DNA of 62,764 bases, filler included, from Dugesia japonica (GCA_001938525.1; 5 parts of 5 records of this genome joined end to end with filler, not necessarily neighbours in it), one strand, 5' to 3'; counted from the first letter of the whole stretch, positions 1 to 13,672 are shown. A program made the numbers and translations. The notes: a model not told the origin generated them from the sequence alone.

Positions 1-469
1 GTGACCCTGAGCATATGATGTCATTCATGTAAACTCCACCTCATCTTACTTAATCTACTTTTTCTCACAAACTTACATCTATCAATTATTTGCATAATCT
101 ACTATTATACTTATACAATACACTTATACAATCATAACGATCATATGGATAAAAAGATTTAATAAAAAAATACATATATGAAAATCAATACATACAAGCT
201 TTTAGGACAACACAATAAAAAATTGTAATCAAAAATAAAATAAATAAATAAATAAAATTTATAATCCATCATAAAACAATATATTAAAATTTGATACCAA
301 TACACGTAAAGTTCTAAGATAGCCTAATAAGTATAAGTATAATAGTTAAAAAATTAATTTTATTTTTGTAGTCTGTTGTCAACAATTTCAAAATTATTTG
401 TTGTTTTTTCTAATATTTCCAAATTAGTGGCAAAATTATATAGAAATATTCCCTTTAATGAAATTATCC

Positions 470-885
470 GACTATCATTAAACTTCTTTGATGTTAACAG
501 TGTTGTTTTTATTGATTTTATAGCTGCATCTAACGATGAGTTGATAAATTGATAAGAATCAATAAATCTGATGGTACCTTTAACTCTAAATATATATTTT
601 TGGCATTTTGTACATTGTTGTACTTGTTTAAATTTTATTGCAAAGTAGTTCATGTGTCTCAAAAGTCTTTTTACTATAAAATCCATTTAAACAATTTGGA
701 CACCATATTGACTGAATTCGTGCACCATCTCTTTTTGAATCCTTATTCATCAGTCTATTAAAATCCATTACTGCTGTTTAATGATAATTATCACCGTTTT
801 CAAGCAACAATAGATTAATTTTCTGTCCGTCTTCATCTTTTGATTGGTGAATAATATCCAAGTTAGGATGCTTCATGAATAAAAT
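470..885 (-). pseudogene. Internally deleted fragment of a Polinton-type protein-primed DNA polymerase B
   Basis: Minus-strand translation gives KINLLLLENGDNYH*TAVMDFNRLMN and WCPNCLNGFYSKKTFETHELLC, then jumps to IRFIDSYQFINSSLD. These motifs match the N-terminal and exonuclease regions of Polinton PolB. Boundaries are approximate. Confidence 0.65.
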
Positions 886-1134
886 AAAATGTCGAACAAC
901 ATAAAAGAGTCTATAAAAATATATTAATATATATTGGTAAATAATTAAAACTAACGTTTATCATCTAATTCGACTATATCCAAAGAGGTCCTAATCATAG
1001 AGAAAAAACTGGCATATGATTCACTGCTATATAAGCAGCAGTTATAGTGGTGCTTGTTACATTAGTTAAATTCTACAATATTAATTTTTAAATTAACGTT
1101 GCGATTTTCGTTGTTCGTTGTCCTATAATAAATA

Positions 1135-1348
1135 TAGATGCCCGGGGCCGCACGCGCGCTACAATAGCAGTTCCAACGAGTATACCTTACTAGAAATAGT
1201 TGGGCAATCTTGTGAAACACTGTGGTAACAGGGATTGGGAATTGTAATTATTTCACATGAACGAGGAATTCCTAGTAAGCGTAAGTCACTAGCTTGCGCT
1301 GATTACATCCCTGCCCTTTGTACACACCGCCCGTCGTTACTACCGATT
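1135..1348 (+). rRNA. Isolated fragment of eukaryotic 18S rRNA (3' third); non-functional
   Basis: Universal SSU motifs GGGGCCGCACGCGCGCTACA, GAACGAGGAATTCCTAGTAAGCG and CCCTGCCCTTTGTACACACCGCCCGTCG; the flanks are unrelated AT-rich DNA. Confidence 0.93.
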
Positions 1349-2012
1349 AACTGTTAATAGCTTTGTTTTGGTTTAGTATGAATCTTTAACAAATATTATT
1401 TTGTCGTTCATCAGAGAATATATCAAAAATGTAAATAAAGAATTTTTATTAGCATGTTTAATCCGATTTAATTGAAGCTTAGATTAAGGTAAAAGTTTCA
1501 ATTAAAAACATTATTTGATATAAAATTTTAATAAACTGAAATTGACATTATATAGCCTATGTTGCAAGTTTACTGTTCATACTATTTGAAAATATGTCCA
1601 ATAAAGAATTTACAATCTAAATCGCGGTTTTCAGACTTAATAAAACAAAGAAACCGATTAAAACAAGGATATTTCAGTTTATTTTTCTAACAAATATCAG
1701 CACAAGCCTTATATTGACAATTTTTAAGAAATGAATATTGCTTCGGCCGCATTTAAACAAAGCCCAAAAAAATCAAAATTTAGGGCTTCCATTAAATGAG
1801 ACATTCTCTCAGATGTTTGGGTAATCTGGTGAAACGTTTTGGGTTGAAGATCTATCAACCNAGATTATGTATCACCATGATTAGAAGATGATCCAGATTA
1901 CTGTTTTCAGTTTTGAATGAAGAACAAGGACGGTGGTGGTGGTAATTTATTGATTGATTGTGGCAGCTAATGAGGATGGTGCGGTGTCTGCTTGATAACA
2001 ACAATCAATATC

Positions 2013-2099
2013 TTATCCCATTCTACCGAGACCTGGTAATTTGCCAGCGGCACCTGACTGGAATTGTTCGAGGAGATTGTTGAGCCCAGCTTGACCACC
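2013..2099 (-). pseudogene. Possible terminal-exon fragment of SRP54
   Basis: Translates as GGQAGLNNLLEQFQSGAAGKLPGLGRMG*, resembling the metazoan SRP54 C-terminus (GGMAGLQSMMRQFQQGAAG...). It is preceded by AG. The match is short. Confidence 0.4.
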
Positions 2100-2160
2100 C
2101 TTTGCTCATGACCTTTAACGTTAACCACAAGAGTCATCACTTTAACTACTTGAGCATATG

Positions 2161-4475
2161 GTTGTGGAAAAGTTGGCTATATAAGAAGGTTATGTCAAGA
2201 AGTGAGGTGTAAACAATGTGGTAATGGTGAACATAGAGCAGAAGAGTGCTACACAAATTTGAAAATGAAAAGAACCAATGAGAAAATTTAGACAATTGAA
2301 TGCAGTAACGAAAATACAAGCCTTTCTTATGCCTAATGTCGATGAAATGCTGGACAAGTTAGGTGGAGCCAAATATTTCAGTTCAATATATTTAGGAAAT
2401 GCATACTATCAGGTAGAGCTCGAAAAAGAATCTCAGGAAAAAACGGCGTTATCAACGAAAAAAGGAAAATATTGTTTTAATAGAATGACATTTGACATCG
2501 CGGTGGCACCAGGGACATTTCAGGAGATTATGACAAAAGTGATTGGCGGAATCAGCGGAGCCATAGTTTATCTTGATGACATTCTGATATTTACGAACAA
2601 TAAAGATCAACACTTTGAAGTAATTAAAAGAGTATTGATGGAAATAATGAAGGTTGGTCGAAGAATTAATCCAGAGAAGTGAGTTTCTTCAAAGCAAAAT
2701 CAAATTCCTTGGACACATAATTAGCAAGGATGGTTAGAATTAGCAAGGTGTTAGAACTGATACGTCTAAAATAAAAGCAGTAAGAACATTTGGAAAACCT
2801 AACTGTGCGAAGAAGTTCCGAAGTTTCTTGGGAATTTGTAATTATTACAGGAAGTTTATAGAAAACTACTCTAGAAAATAAAAGATATTAGAGCAGTTGT
2901 GTAGCTGACTAAGCAACAAGAAATTAGAATGGACAGATAAAATCAACGATACTTTTGAGGGTCTGAAAAAATCTCTAATATCACCAATATTGTGTTTTCC
3001 AGACATAAACAAAGAATTTATATTAAATACAGATGCCAGTTTCGATACAATTGGANNNNNNNNNNNNNNNNNNNNNNNNNNNNNNNNNNNNNNNNNNNNN
3101 NNNNNNNNNNNNNNNNNNNNNNNNNNNNNNNNGAAAAGAGTTATTGGCTGTTTATTATTTCTGTATGCATTTCAAACATTACTTGTACGGTAGAAGATTT
3201 ACTCTTTGAACAGATCACAAAGCTTTAACTTTCATGATGACGACAAAGAAATCAATTACATCGCAATTCTAGACATGGATTATTTATCTGAGCAGTTTAG
3301 ACGTGGTTTTGGAATATAGAAAAAGAATTCAACATAGTAATGCAGATATGTTATCTAGACCAAGATGTGAGGTATGTGTATAGTGTCAAATGTCACATAA
3401 AGATGCCAAGAAAGTGGAGATTAAAACGAGAATACGAAACATAATCGAAAAGGACAAAGAAGATCAGTTAAACCTTTCTGAGTAAACAGATTTGATCTAG
3501 AAAATTAAAATTCCGGATGACAAATTACATGAAACAATTGAAGAAATACATAAATTATTATGTCATGCAGGAGTTGAAAAGGTGTACGAATATATGAGAA
3601 ACAAATATATNNNNNNNNNNNNNNGTAGCCAAATACAGAAGATAGTTCGAAGTTGTGAAATTTTTCAGAAGACCAAAGTAGTGACAACAGCAACTAAAGA
3701 GAAGACAAAGAGTTAAGAAGCTACAAATTTGTGTAAAGTGATATTCACAGACATATGTGGGCCAATGCGGGAGACAAGTGGACGAAAAAAATACATTCTT
3801 GGAATCATCGACGAGTACAGTAAATATCTAGTTCTTATACCATTTCCTAGACAAGACGAGGAAACAATACGAAAAGCTATTTTTGAAAGGTGGATACTGA
3901 GATTTGGATGTCCAAGAGAGATAAGATAAGATTGTGAAAAAGCTTTTGAATCCAGAGTTATGAGAGAGTTTGCACTGAAGCTAGATATTAAACTTTGCTT
4001 TTCGAGTTCATATCATCATAATGCAAACGGACAAATTGAGAGACAGTTCAGGACACTTCAAGATTTGATTAATGGAAATCTTTAGGAAGAAAAGACAACA
4101 GATTGGGTGGATCTTTTACCGGAAATAGAATTTACAATGAACGCAACAAAGCAGAAGACGACTGAAAAGAGCCCGACTGAGATCGTTTTTGGAAAGAAAA
4201 TTAGCAGGGAAAAGTGATATGAGTCAGACGTTTCAGATAGAATTAAAGAAAACATTTCAAACGTGATTACTAAAAGAGAATTCAAAGTGGGTGATTTTGT
4301 ACTCATCAAGGTAGAAACAAGAAATAAAAGTCAAGACAGATTTGAAGGACCTTATCGAATAATTGAGAAAATTCATGAAAGGTGGTATGCAGTACAAGGA
4401 GACAATAGACAGCGTTTAGAAAGAAATGTGGAAAAACTCAGGAAAATTCTTAAGAAGGGGGATATGAGGAAATAA
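2161..4475 (+). mobile_element. Degenerate Ty3/Gypsy LTR retrotransposon internal region (gag knuckles, RT, RNase H, integrase)
   Basis: CCHC-like knuckles CGKVGYIRRLC and RCKQCGNGEHRAEEC at ~2161-2260. RT: YYQV, APGTFQ, VYLDDILI. RNase H: FILNTDAS, EKELLAV, TDHKAL. Integrase: DICGP, IIDEYSKY, IERQFRT, FEGPY. Order is RT-RH-IN, with many stops and frameshifts and no protease. Confidence 0.93.
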
Positions 4476-4480
4476 TTATT
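4452..4480 (+). other. Polypurine tract and probable start of the Gypsy 3' LTR
   Basis: AAGAAGGGGGA at 4452-4462 at the end of integrase, followed 2 nt later by TG (TGAGGAAAT, 4465). Confidence 0.6.
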
Positions 4481-4783
4481 AATTAATAATCTCACCCAAT
4501 GGGAATTGAGATATCTAAATATTAATATTTAAATACTTGTATTTCATAATTATTTATCATATGAATTATAGTTCGTAGTAGTAAAATAAAAAATGTCTAA
4601 CAATATGAATTCTGATATACAAAATGAATTAACAATTGAAGATCTGTTAATGAGTAATTTATAATTTTATAATACTCTTGTTATAAATCTTTCATAAACT
4701 CTTGATCTTGTTTTACATCTTTAATAATCGCATTCATTTTATTAAGGTGAAAAATAAAGTTCGGACTTGCATGTCCGATTTTT

Positions 4784-6220
4784 TTAATTGTTAAAATAAC
4801 CAAATGGAAATCTATGAATAGGATTAATCATTATTCTTTTATCTTGAAATGAGTTTAATGCTTCTTTAGTTTGTTTAATTATTTTTATAAGATGTAATTC
4901 TGAATTTATTTTATAATTGCTTTTTGTTATTATTTTATTTTTCTCTAATGTATCTTTAAAATCTTTTAGTGTAATTGTGTCTTGTACAGTTTTAGTAACA
5001 CCTTTGAGTTTAATACAATTCTGGGACCCTCTGCGGTCAATGGTTTTATAATAATAACTTTTTGGCGCTAAAAATATTGCTTCATCTTTTTTTTTCCATC
5101 TTATTTTTTTCCCCATCTAATTCATCTTTAAATTTAAATAAATTAGAAGGATGAATGAAATCACCAAATTTATTTATTTCTTGTTCTATAGTCGAGTCAA
5201 AAGAAATTATTATTTCAATAAAAATTGAATCGGTATCAGTATAATGAATTTTATAGTTATTTAGTTTTTTATCAATACAATAACATATAAATCTATACAT
5301 AATTAATTTTGATATTTCTAAAATGTTAAATCCTGCATAATTAAATTTATCATCTTTTATAGTATTATTAAACAAATGAACTGTTGCTACATCTTCTGAA
5401 AAAATCATTTCTTTTTTAAATGTTGGTTTTGATAATAAATGTTTAAATTTCTTTGGATCAGTTACAATTTTTTTATTTTGCCTATTTCGTATATTTTCTA
5501 AAGTTTTTCCACAAAATGCATTACATAAAAGTGTAAAGAAATAATCACCAAATTTATTTCCATTTCTCTTTGATATTTTTCTTTGATTGATATTATTTTC
5601 TAAATAACCTTTTAACCATCTACTTTGTTTATATTTTATTTTTCTATGTATTTTAATAATTTTAATTCCATTATTTAAATACCATTTCAACATATTTTCA
5701 TCAATTATTTATTTTTCTTTATCATAATGTGTTAATAATAATTTTTCTGTTGGTTTATAATTGTGTGGTGTAATTGATTTTTGATAATTTGTAAATTCAT
5801 TTATATTTGGTTTTTCTTTATTTGGAAAAAATGGAAAACTTTTTGTTCTTTCTTTTATTTCTTGTGGATATTTTAAATCAATTTCATATGTAAATCATAA
5901 TTCTTCTGTTGATTCTTCAAAGTTTAGATTTGTATCTTTATCCTTAACAACCTATTCCATTTCTCCAGTTGGTAATAATTCACACATTGCAGATGAATAC
6001 AAAGAATTTGCATCATAATACATTAAATAATTTTCTTGAAAATATAATTTAAAGATTCTGAATTGTTTGTTTTTTTTAATCTTTGGTATCATTTCTTTAA
6101 ATAATTTATTTGTTTCTCTATTATTTGGTTTTACAAATCTATCTCTCAAAACTGAAGAAACTCCGCCTCTAATTAATTGTTCATAAAATAATAACATCAT
6201 AAGTATTTTCTTTATAATAT
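4784..6220 (-). pseudogene. Polinton PolB copy 1, C-terminal polymerase half
   Basis: IRGGVSS, YYDANSLYSSAM..LPTG, TLLCNAFCGKTLENIRNR, YTDTDSIF, KSY, KLKGV, DKR; frameshifted. Confidence 0.93.
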
Positions 6221-8807
6221 TGTTGGGCTGAAATACCCAGGCTGAAAAAAAGCCAAACAAAGGGCCAAAAGGGAAGAATTAATAAAGAAAAAGGATCAAA
6301 AGGAAAGTCAATTAGTAATGGGCATTTACGAGGAAAAGATATGGTAAATACATCAACAAAACGAAAGCACCAGAAATTAGTTATAAATAACCAGTATGGG
6401 TAAATTAAAAATGAAAAAAAATTAGAATACCAAGAAGATGGATAAAAAGATCTTGGATGGATAAATATCATTGATAATAATCAAAAGAAATTATGGAAAT
6501 AATAATAAAAATCGAGAAAAACTACAAGTAAGAAACCATTATATACCGAAAAAATATTAATTAATTTTTAAATAAAATAAAACAAAATTGGTCAAAAACT
6601 TGTTTTATACGAATAACTTTACTCTGCATAATTACAACAGCTTTTAGTAAGTAAATCTGAGAAGGGTTGGTGATGAAGCATTAAGAATGAGATACTAAAA
6701 AATCTTACCATCATCCAGAAGGTTGCCACAAGGATTTGAAGATTGGGCCAATAGGTGATCTGAAAATAAAAATAAAACAAAGAAATAATCATCACATATA
6801 CGCCAAAAATAGACGCCAATAAAAAGCATAAAAGTCCACGAAAAATCTGAAAAATTAACACCAAAACCAATAGTAAACGAGAATTTCAAAGTAAAAATAA
6901 ACAACCAATAGTAATGATGCCGGGTTGCAAAAGGCAGCGCCTTTTGGGGCAAGGAAATCATCAATTTTTGTGAAATCTATTAGCTAGTTTGACAGCGTAA
7001 TAGTAAACTGCTGAAAAACTCTATTGTGGAAAACTCTCAGCAAATCACTACTCATTATAAAGTGTAAGAGCAGTATTTCTATCAGTCATTTTCTAATTTG
7101 AATTTGTTTTGCAATTTTAGTAGAAGAAATTTCTAGTGGTAAAATCGAAAAATCTAGAAAACAGAAAGCTCATAAACGACAGATCTGCAATCAGCTCACT
7201 TTTAACGAAAATTATTAAAAGTAAGCATGTGTTGTTTGATTGTCTATTAAGTTTATGTACTGAGTTTTAGATGAGTAAATAATTGATAAATAAATTGTTA
7301 ATCATAATTTTCTTATTTTTAGCTTTGAAAAATTAATGGATAAGTTCGTATAACAAATTTTAGTTAGAGAAATAATTAATAAATAAACTGTTAACTATAA
7401 TTTTCGCATATTTAGCGTCAAATGATTAATAGATATTCTACTTCCGTCAATGCCGACTCAGCTATCACATACAATCATAGTAACCGACACCGCTGTTATC
7501 TACAACACATAGTGAGAACTACAATAGAAGACACGCTAGGCTCTCTGGATCATAAATAAAAAAGAATTCCCGACAGTCTAACCAACCACGCCTCATAAGT
7601 AATAAATGCAAACTTGACATTCACTTTTAGGGTTCAAAAGCACACACTACCAAATTATGACGTCATCCCATTTAAAGGTCAGGCATACACCCTCCTAATC
7701 GTAAGCAACACATACTTACCCATTATAACAATCACTGAATTCATTAGCAAAATCTGTTTTCTGGTTTACCACATCTGTGAACAGTAGTGTTCATTCACAA
7801 TTACTGACAATTATGTTACTTGGAAATTATGTATTGACATCGATTCGACCATTATCTCTGTGGTCGTTTGGTTTGATATAACTGAATTTTAATTTTAATT
7901 TTGAATCTACCATCATCAATTTAAGTAATTATTTACTTCAATATGTTGGACGTTAAGGACATGTACATTGACAGTACCAATATCGTCGCTATTAACCATA
8001 ATTTATGATCAACATAACTCAATCGATTATTTAGTTCATCATTTATGCGACTTCTTCCCAACCTGTCAGTGTTAATCGATTCCAAAACTTGTTAGAATTC
8101 TCACCCATTTTAACGATAATATTATCATAGCATCACAAATTTTATTTATTCACCATAGCCGTCATTTTAACATGTTATAATTGTTAAAATAATTTGATTA
8201 GGAGTTATGCTTATCAGAACGGGGTTCAATGAAGCTTCTATAAGGAGAGTTAATGTTATCAGTGTGACAGTTAAGGTACAAATAAGAACCTTACCAAAAG
8301 GGGTAATATTATGAAAATTTGCTCCGCTTTAGCACTGTCTGCTGCAACAGGGGATTTTGACAGCATTGCTAATCGAGGATTCTAACGACACCAATCCACG
8401 ACTATTTAATATCTACCCTATTTAGATTTGTCTTCAGAGCTAAGAGATGCCTTCAGAGTTATTCGGAAACAACGTAAAACCGTCAGACTACGGCAGTTGC
8501 TGGCTTAGATTCTATCGCGAGGTAGGATTGAACATCCCGGCGAAACAGACTTAAGTTGTTTCGTTGAAATGTTCCCTTTACCCTCCGGAGTGGATATAGA
8601 CGAGGAATTACCATCTTCAGTTCTATTGTGTTAAATGATAAAAAATATAAAATCAATTAATTTGCTCTTGACTTATTATAATCATTAATTATAAATTTCT
8701 CAATAAAATTTTGTTACATACTACAACAATACTATTAGATGACTAAATGATTTAACTGATTTTATTTGTTTTATGCTGCTATGTTTAATGGATCTTTACT
8801 GTTAGAA

Positions 8808-9227
8808 ATGGACTTTGTTTGGGAAACCTTATACGACCGTCGGACCTATAGGGTCGTTTTTAAAAGATATTGGAACCCACACGATCTCAATGCGGGAGTG
8901 ATGCGTGATTATACTAACTTACCACCCATCGACGTGGATAACGAAAGAGAGTGGGATGCATCCGAGCGAAATGCGTATTATGAATGGAGAGGCCCTGACC
9001 GCACACGGGATGTGCTCCACCGTTATACTATAACAAATGCAACGACGAGTGAGATCACTAGTGAGTGGAGGGATGGCCCCGCGTACCTACTTCTGTCTGC
9101 TGTGCATCTGACACCTAATACCAGGTTGCACGCTGATGTAGGCAACACTCTATGGGACTTGCGGAACAGCGCAAGAGGTGGATCGGCCGAGAACAACGCC
9201 CCGTACTCGGTCAACGAAACTCTATAA
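8808..9227 (+). CDS. Uncharacterised ORF inside the TGTT..AACA element
   Basis: GC-richer open frame of ~139 aa from ATG 8808 (MDFVWETLYDRR...), just after a TGTTAG acceptor-like site; no recognisable family. Confidence 0.5.
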   Translation: MDFVWETLYDRRTYRVVFKRYWNPHDLNAGVMRDYTNLPPIDVDNEREWDASERNAYYEWRGPDRTRDVLHRYTITNATTSEITSEWRDGPAYLLLSAVHLTPNTRLHADVGNTLWDLRNSARGGSAENNAPYSVNETL

Positions 9228-9429
9228 ATGCACCTAAATTTCTATTACATTTTAGCTGTCTGTTAAGGATAATAAAATTTTTTGTAAAATTTGATCTGAT
9301 TTTTTTCTTCTGGATCTTTGATTGACGAATAATTTGAAATTAAGCAGATGAATGTTCGATTGTTTTGTGAGATTTGAATTCTTAATCTAAATGTGTTTTA
9401 ATAGTCATGTTATTTTTTTATTATTCCAG

Positions 9430-10289
9430 TGCATTCGTCGTTAAATAGACCTCCGGTTTCTACCAAGAAAATAGGAGAGTCCAGTGATGAAGGTGAAATC
9501 ACATGGGACCTCTATAAACTGGCGAAGTGGCGCTGGGAAACCAATACTGCATCCGCCGAAGCCAAAGTTCGTTGTTACAAAAAGAAATGTCTAGCTTTTA
9601 AGACAGAGGCCGAGGCATTGCATAGCCAGCAAAGAGTTTGGAAAACTCAATTAGAATCGCTTACTGAGATCATCCGGTCCTACCAAGACCGAGAAAATAA
9701 ACTGATAGACGATATTTTTGAAATTAAGGAGGGCCATGCCGCTCGTGCCCCTTGTGGTGGACAAAGGAGTACAGACATACCGACCGTAAACGTTGTTCTT
9801 CATTTTTGGTTATAAATCATTTTCTTATTGACTAGATTTTTCAATTGATTCTGTCATTTATGTTCAAAATATTGTCTTGAATAAAATTTGGATTATGAAT
9901 AATGCCCTTTATTTATTGCCTAGAATTGCCTTCCCTAACAGCTTGAGGCGCTGCCACCGAATAATGCGTCACTTATTAATAGAAAGACATCTTAAGCGCC
10001 AAGCAGATCGGGCTCTCTTGAAGCAGCGCGACAAGCTAATCAAAAAATTAAATTTGATCATTAAAAAACAGAGTGACCTAGTTCGCCAGACCAAGGAGTT
10101 AGAAGATCAGGTTAAACAGTCGCTTTAGAGGAAAATAGATTTTCTAAAGCAGTACATTTCGAACATATCACGTCAACTGGGGAACCCAACGTGGGTACAG
10201 TGGGACGATAGTTATGACCAAGGGTACTTTATTTTTTAGTTACAGATCCGGCACAGTGGTTAGACCCTGGTGTTCTAGATGAATTGTAA
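9430..10289 (+). CDS. Spliced coiled-coil protein gene(s) inside the element (about three exons, one internal stop)
   Basis: GC-rich exon-like blocks (~9430-9785, ~9924-10222, ~10240-10289) bounded by AG/GT with AT-rich spacers. The helical peptide EIIRSYQDRENKL resembles EVIKIYADREASL at 25442-25711. Confidence 0.5.
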
Positions 10290-10538
10290 TTATTGAAATA
10301 AAATGTAGTTATTATTGATATTTTGATCGGTTTAATTGGTAAAATAATAAGGGAAAATAAGGAACCCGAAACAAAGATGTACGACTGAGAACCTTCCGTA
10401 AAGGTCGAAGGTCAACCGCTCTGCATTGAAGATCTAACTTAGGGGCGTTAGATTAAATTCTTGAAAGGGATCCCCTGAGGGCCCTTTTTTCCCATCCAAC
10501 GTTTACTTTTCATCATCAACTCAGGTGGAACCCCAACA

Positions 10539-12660
10539 ATATTTTAATTTTACATTTTTTTATATTTTAATCCACAGATCCATGTTAATCCAGGAGCAGA
10601 GTAACAATAAGAAGGATCAATATAAAATTTATTATTTGTTATATTTCTAAAGTTTTCCAAGTTATCAACTAAAAGTAATACACCAATTTTCAAATAACTC
10701 ATTGTATAATCTTTTATATTTTTACAATTTAATTCATTCCAATTTATTAAAGCTTGATTATATTCTTCTTCAGTAATATTCTTTTGTTTTATTTTATTAA
10801 AAAATTTATCATGAGAAGGTAATTTAGTTTCTTGCATAATTTCATTTATTTTATGAAACCTGCAGGTTTCGGTTATATAATCATATGGAAATATTCTTTT
10901 TAAAGGTTTCAGATTATATTTATTTAAATTTACACATTATTCTGGTTTTAAGGTTTTACCTAAATCTTGTAATGAATTTGGTAATAATCTTAAAGAGTCT
11001 GAAATTCTAATTCAACCAATTTGAAGAGAAATATATACTTCATCATTTTTACATAAAACATTTGTTCGTTTGGATTTAATGTCTTCTTTTAGAAATAATT
11101 TAGTAAATATTAAATATCAATCATATTTACTTCCATTATGAAAATACATTGGAACAAAATCAAATTTAGCTTTTAAGTTACAACTATTACAAGACAAACC
11201 TCTAAAGTTTCCATTGAAATTATCATGATATGTAACTATATTTTCTGTTAGCTCTTTATTACAATAATAACAATTACAAGTCTCTAGTTCTCTGAGGCTC
11301 TCGAAGATCCTAAAGTTGTTGATATTGGAATATTTGTTTTTAACAATTGTCGAAATTCATTTTCTAAAGATATAAATACATCAATAAACTTTTCTGTTAA
11401 ATCTTCTCCATAATATTCAATATATTCTGATTTTCTTAAATGTTCATAATTACTTGAAATATAAATTCCAAATGCCAAAGATTTTTGTTCGGGCCCCGTA
11501 GGGAAGAGATCTCCATTTAAATTATTAAAAGTCCGCAGTAATAATAAATGGAACTTTATTTTTAAAATGATGTTTATTAAAATATAAATATTTGTCTTGT
11601 TTCATTAATTTCAAATATATTTACTCTAATTCCATAGTCGTTTTCTTTATTAAAATGTTTTACATGATTAATTGAAACTGGTTCATCTTCTACAAAATTC
11701 ATTAGATTTTTAATTTCTTTATAGCTCTGATTATTATATTTTAATGAATTAATTATTGAATGATAAAAACATTTAATGTCATTGTAGCTTACATTAAATA
11801 AAAATTTTGATTTAAATGGTAATTCTTTAAATGTTCCACCTAATGGAGATGTATATTCACCAATAAACATTTCTATTGAATCTATATTTTGCAAAATTAA
11901 TCCACTTTTATTTCCTTCGTATTCTGTCATTCTTTTACTTAGTTCATTATATATTAATTCCATTTTATTTGTTAAATCTTCTTCATTTAAAATAATTTCG
12001 GCTGAAAAATTAATAATTACTGGTTCATCTTTTGTATTCCAATATGTACATTTAATTCTCATTCTTATTTTTAAATTATTAAATAAAGTTAAATAATGTT
12101 TTGCTGAGTTTTCAAATATTTCAAAAGATGGAATTGAAATTACTTCTTCTGTTTTTTCTTCTCTACTTGGAAATATTTGTTTTAAAGAAATTAATTTTTT
12201 ACTTCTTAATATATTTCTTTTGTTAATATTATTTTCTTTTAGATAATCATCAAACTCAAAATCATTATTTATTAATTCTCTATTTACTTTTCATACATTA
12301 AATAAATGTTCTTTTCCTTTTAAATGTTTTTATAACTCGTTTCTTCTTTAAAACCCTTTTCACAAATTTCACATTTAAATAATGTTGCTAAAGAACAAAA
12401 CTTTTCATGAGATAGTAATCCAGATTTACATTTGAAAACTTTGTTACATTTAAAACATTTAAATTCTTTTAGTTCTTTTTCTTTTTCTATTCCACACAAT
12501 TTTTTATGAGTAGTTAATCCAGATTTTGTTTTAAAAACTTTATTGCACTTTGAACATTTGAATTCATTAATAATTTCAGTTGGATTCAAAGGAAAACATT
12601 TTTTAGATTTTTTAATATGTTGATCTAAATCACTTTGTTTTTTAAAAACTTTATTACATT
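10539..12660 (-). pseudogene. Polinton PolB copy 1, N-terminal half (zinc fingers, OTU-like region, EndoVII-like insert, exonuclease)
   Basis: Repeats CSKCNKVFKTKSGLTTHKKLC; NDIKCFYHSI; CYYCNKEL..YHDNFNGNFRG..CNSCNL; YFHNGSKYD; IDPSYCYSAPGLTW. Confidence 0.9.
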
Positions 12661-13672
12661 TATTTCTAAAGAAAATATTTATTACAATTATTTTAATTTT
12701 AGATTTTAAATTTAGTTTTATTAATGAAAAGATGCGCGCATCAATTTTTTTTTAATTTTAATTTTTTAGATTTTAGTTTAAATTTAAATCCAAAGCTAGA
12801 GTAATGGCAAAGTGGGCGGCTTATGTATTTAGGCTGCTGCTATTAATATTTTTTTCTTTTATATGCGACGTGCTTGAAGGTGGTCATTTCAGGTGTCCGG
12901 TCAGCCCTCAGCTTTACCTAGGTGCTCCTACTTTACCTTTACTAAAAAATCTCAAAACTCGGATATTAGCGCTCTGATTTCTGTGCATAGATATCAGCTA
13001 TCGACTCAAATTTGGTATTATTTTACTCAGCAGGAAAAAGTAACTGTACAATGTTAAAATATCGTCTTGGGAAAAAATGCTTCCTAACTAATATGTACAG
13101 CCGCCCTCCCGGAATTCGGTAACAATTTTCGAAAATATCATAAGTACCTCAATAATTTATCGAAATTTATATTATTCGAGTGGGAATTTTACGGTGAGTA
13201 CGAATAACATAGTTACAAATCAACAAATTTTATACATAAAAAGTTATATAGAAAAAGCAAGTACTTTATTTGGAAGTCCCCGAGGAATATTAAAAATTAA
13301 TAAAAAATACAAGTATATATCAAAATTAAAAAAGATAACAAAATTTTTGAAACTAAATTTTATTTAATAAAAAATCTGATCAATCAGTCTGTTTAGTTTG
13401 TTATCTGGTTAACGTTTTCAAACTATTTTATATGATGATTATTTTTAGACTTTTTAATTGGTAATAATTTCAAGCTTTTTAGTTGATGATGACAAGGGTG
13501 TGTCCTTTCTTCATGTACATATATGTCTTGGGATAAAATAGTGTATAGTGAATATAAATAAACAACTTCTCGGGAAACCGCCATTTCACACTACTTGGGC
13601 TGTTGGTTTGATTTTTTAATTTTTAGATTTTTGGAATTTTGAAAAATATAATTATTTTTTAATCAATAAAAA

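Larger units (their letters stand above)
6221..10538 (+). mobile_element. 4.3 kb insertion with TGTTGGG...CCCAACA ends and ATAT target-site duplication (giant solo LTR or non-autonomous Ginger-like element)
   Basis: ATAT at 6217-6220 and 10539-10542; 7-bp terminal inverted repeat. Removing it rejoins PolB (VKLKY|YKENTYD), collinear with VKLKYAQKETYD in PolB copy 2. Confidence 0.88.
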
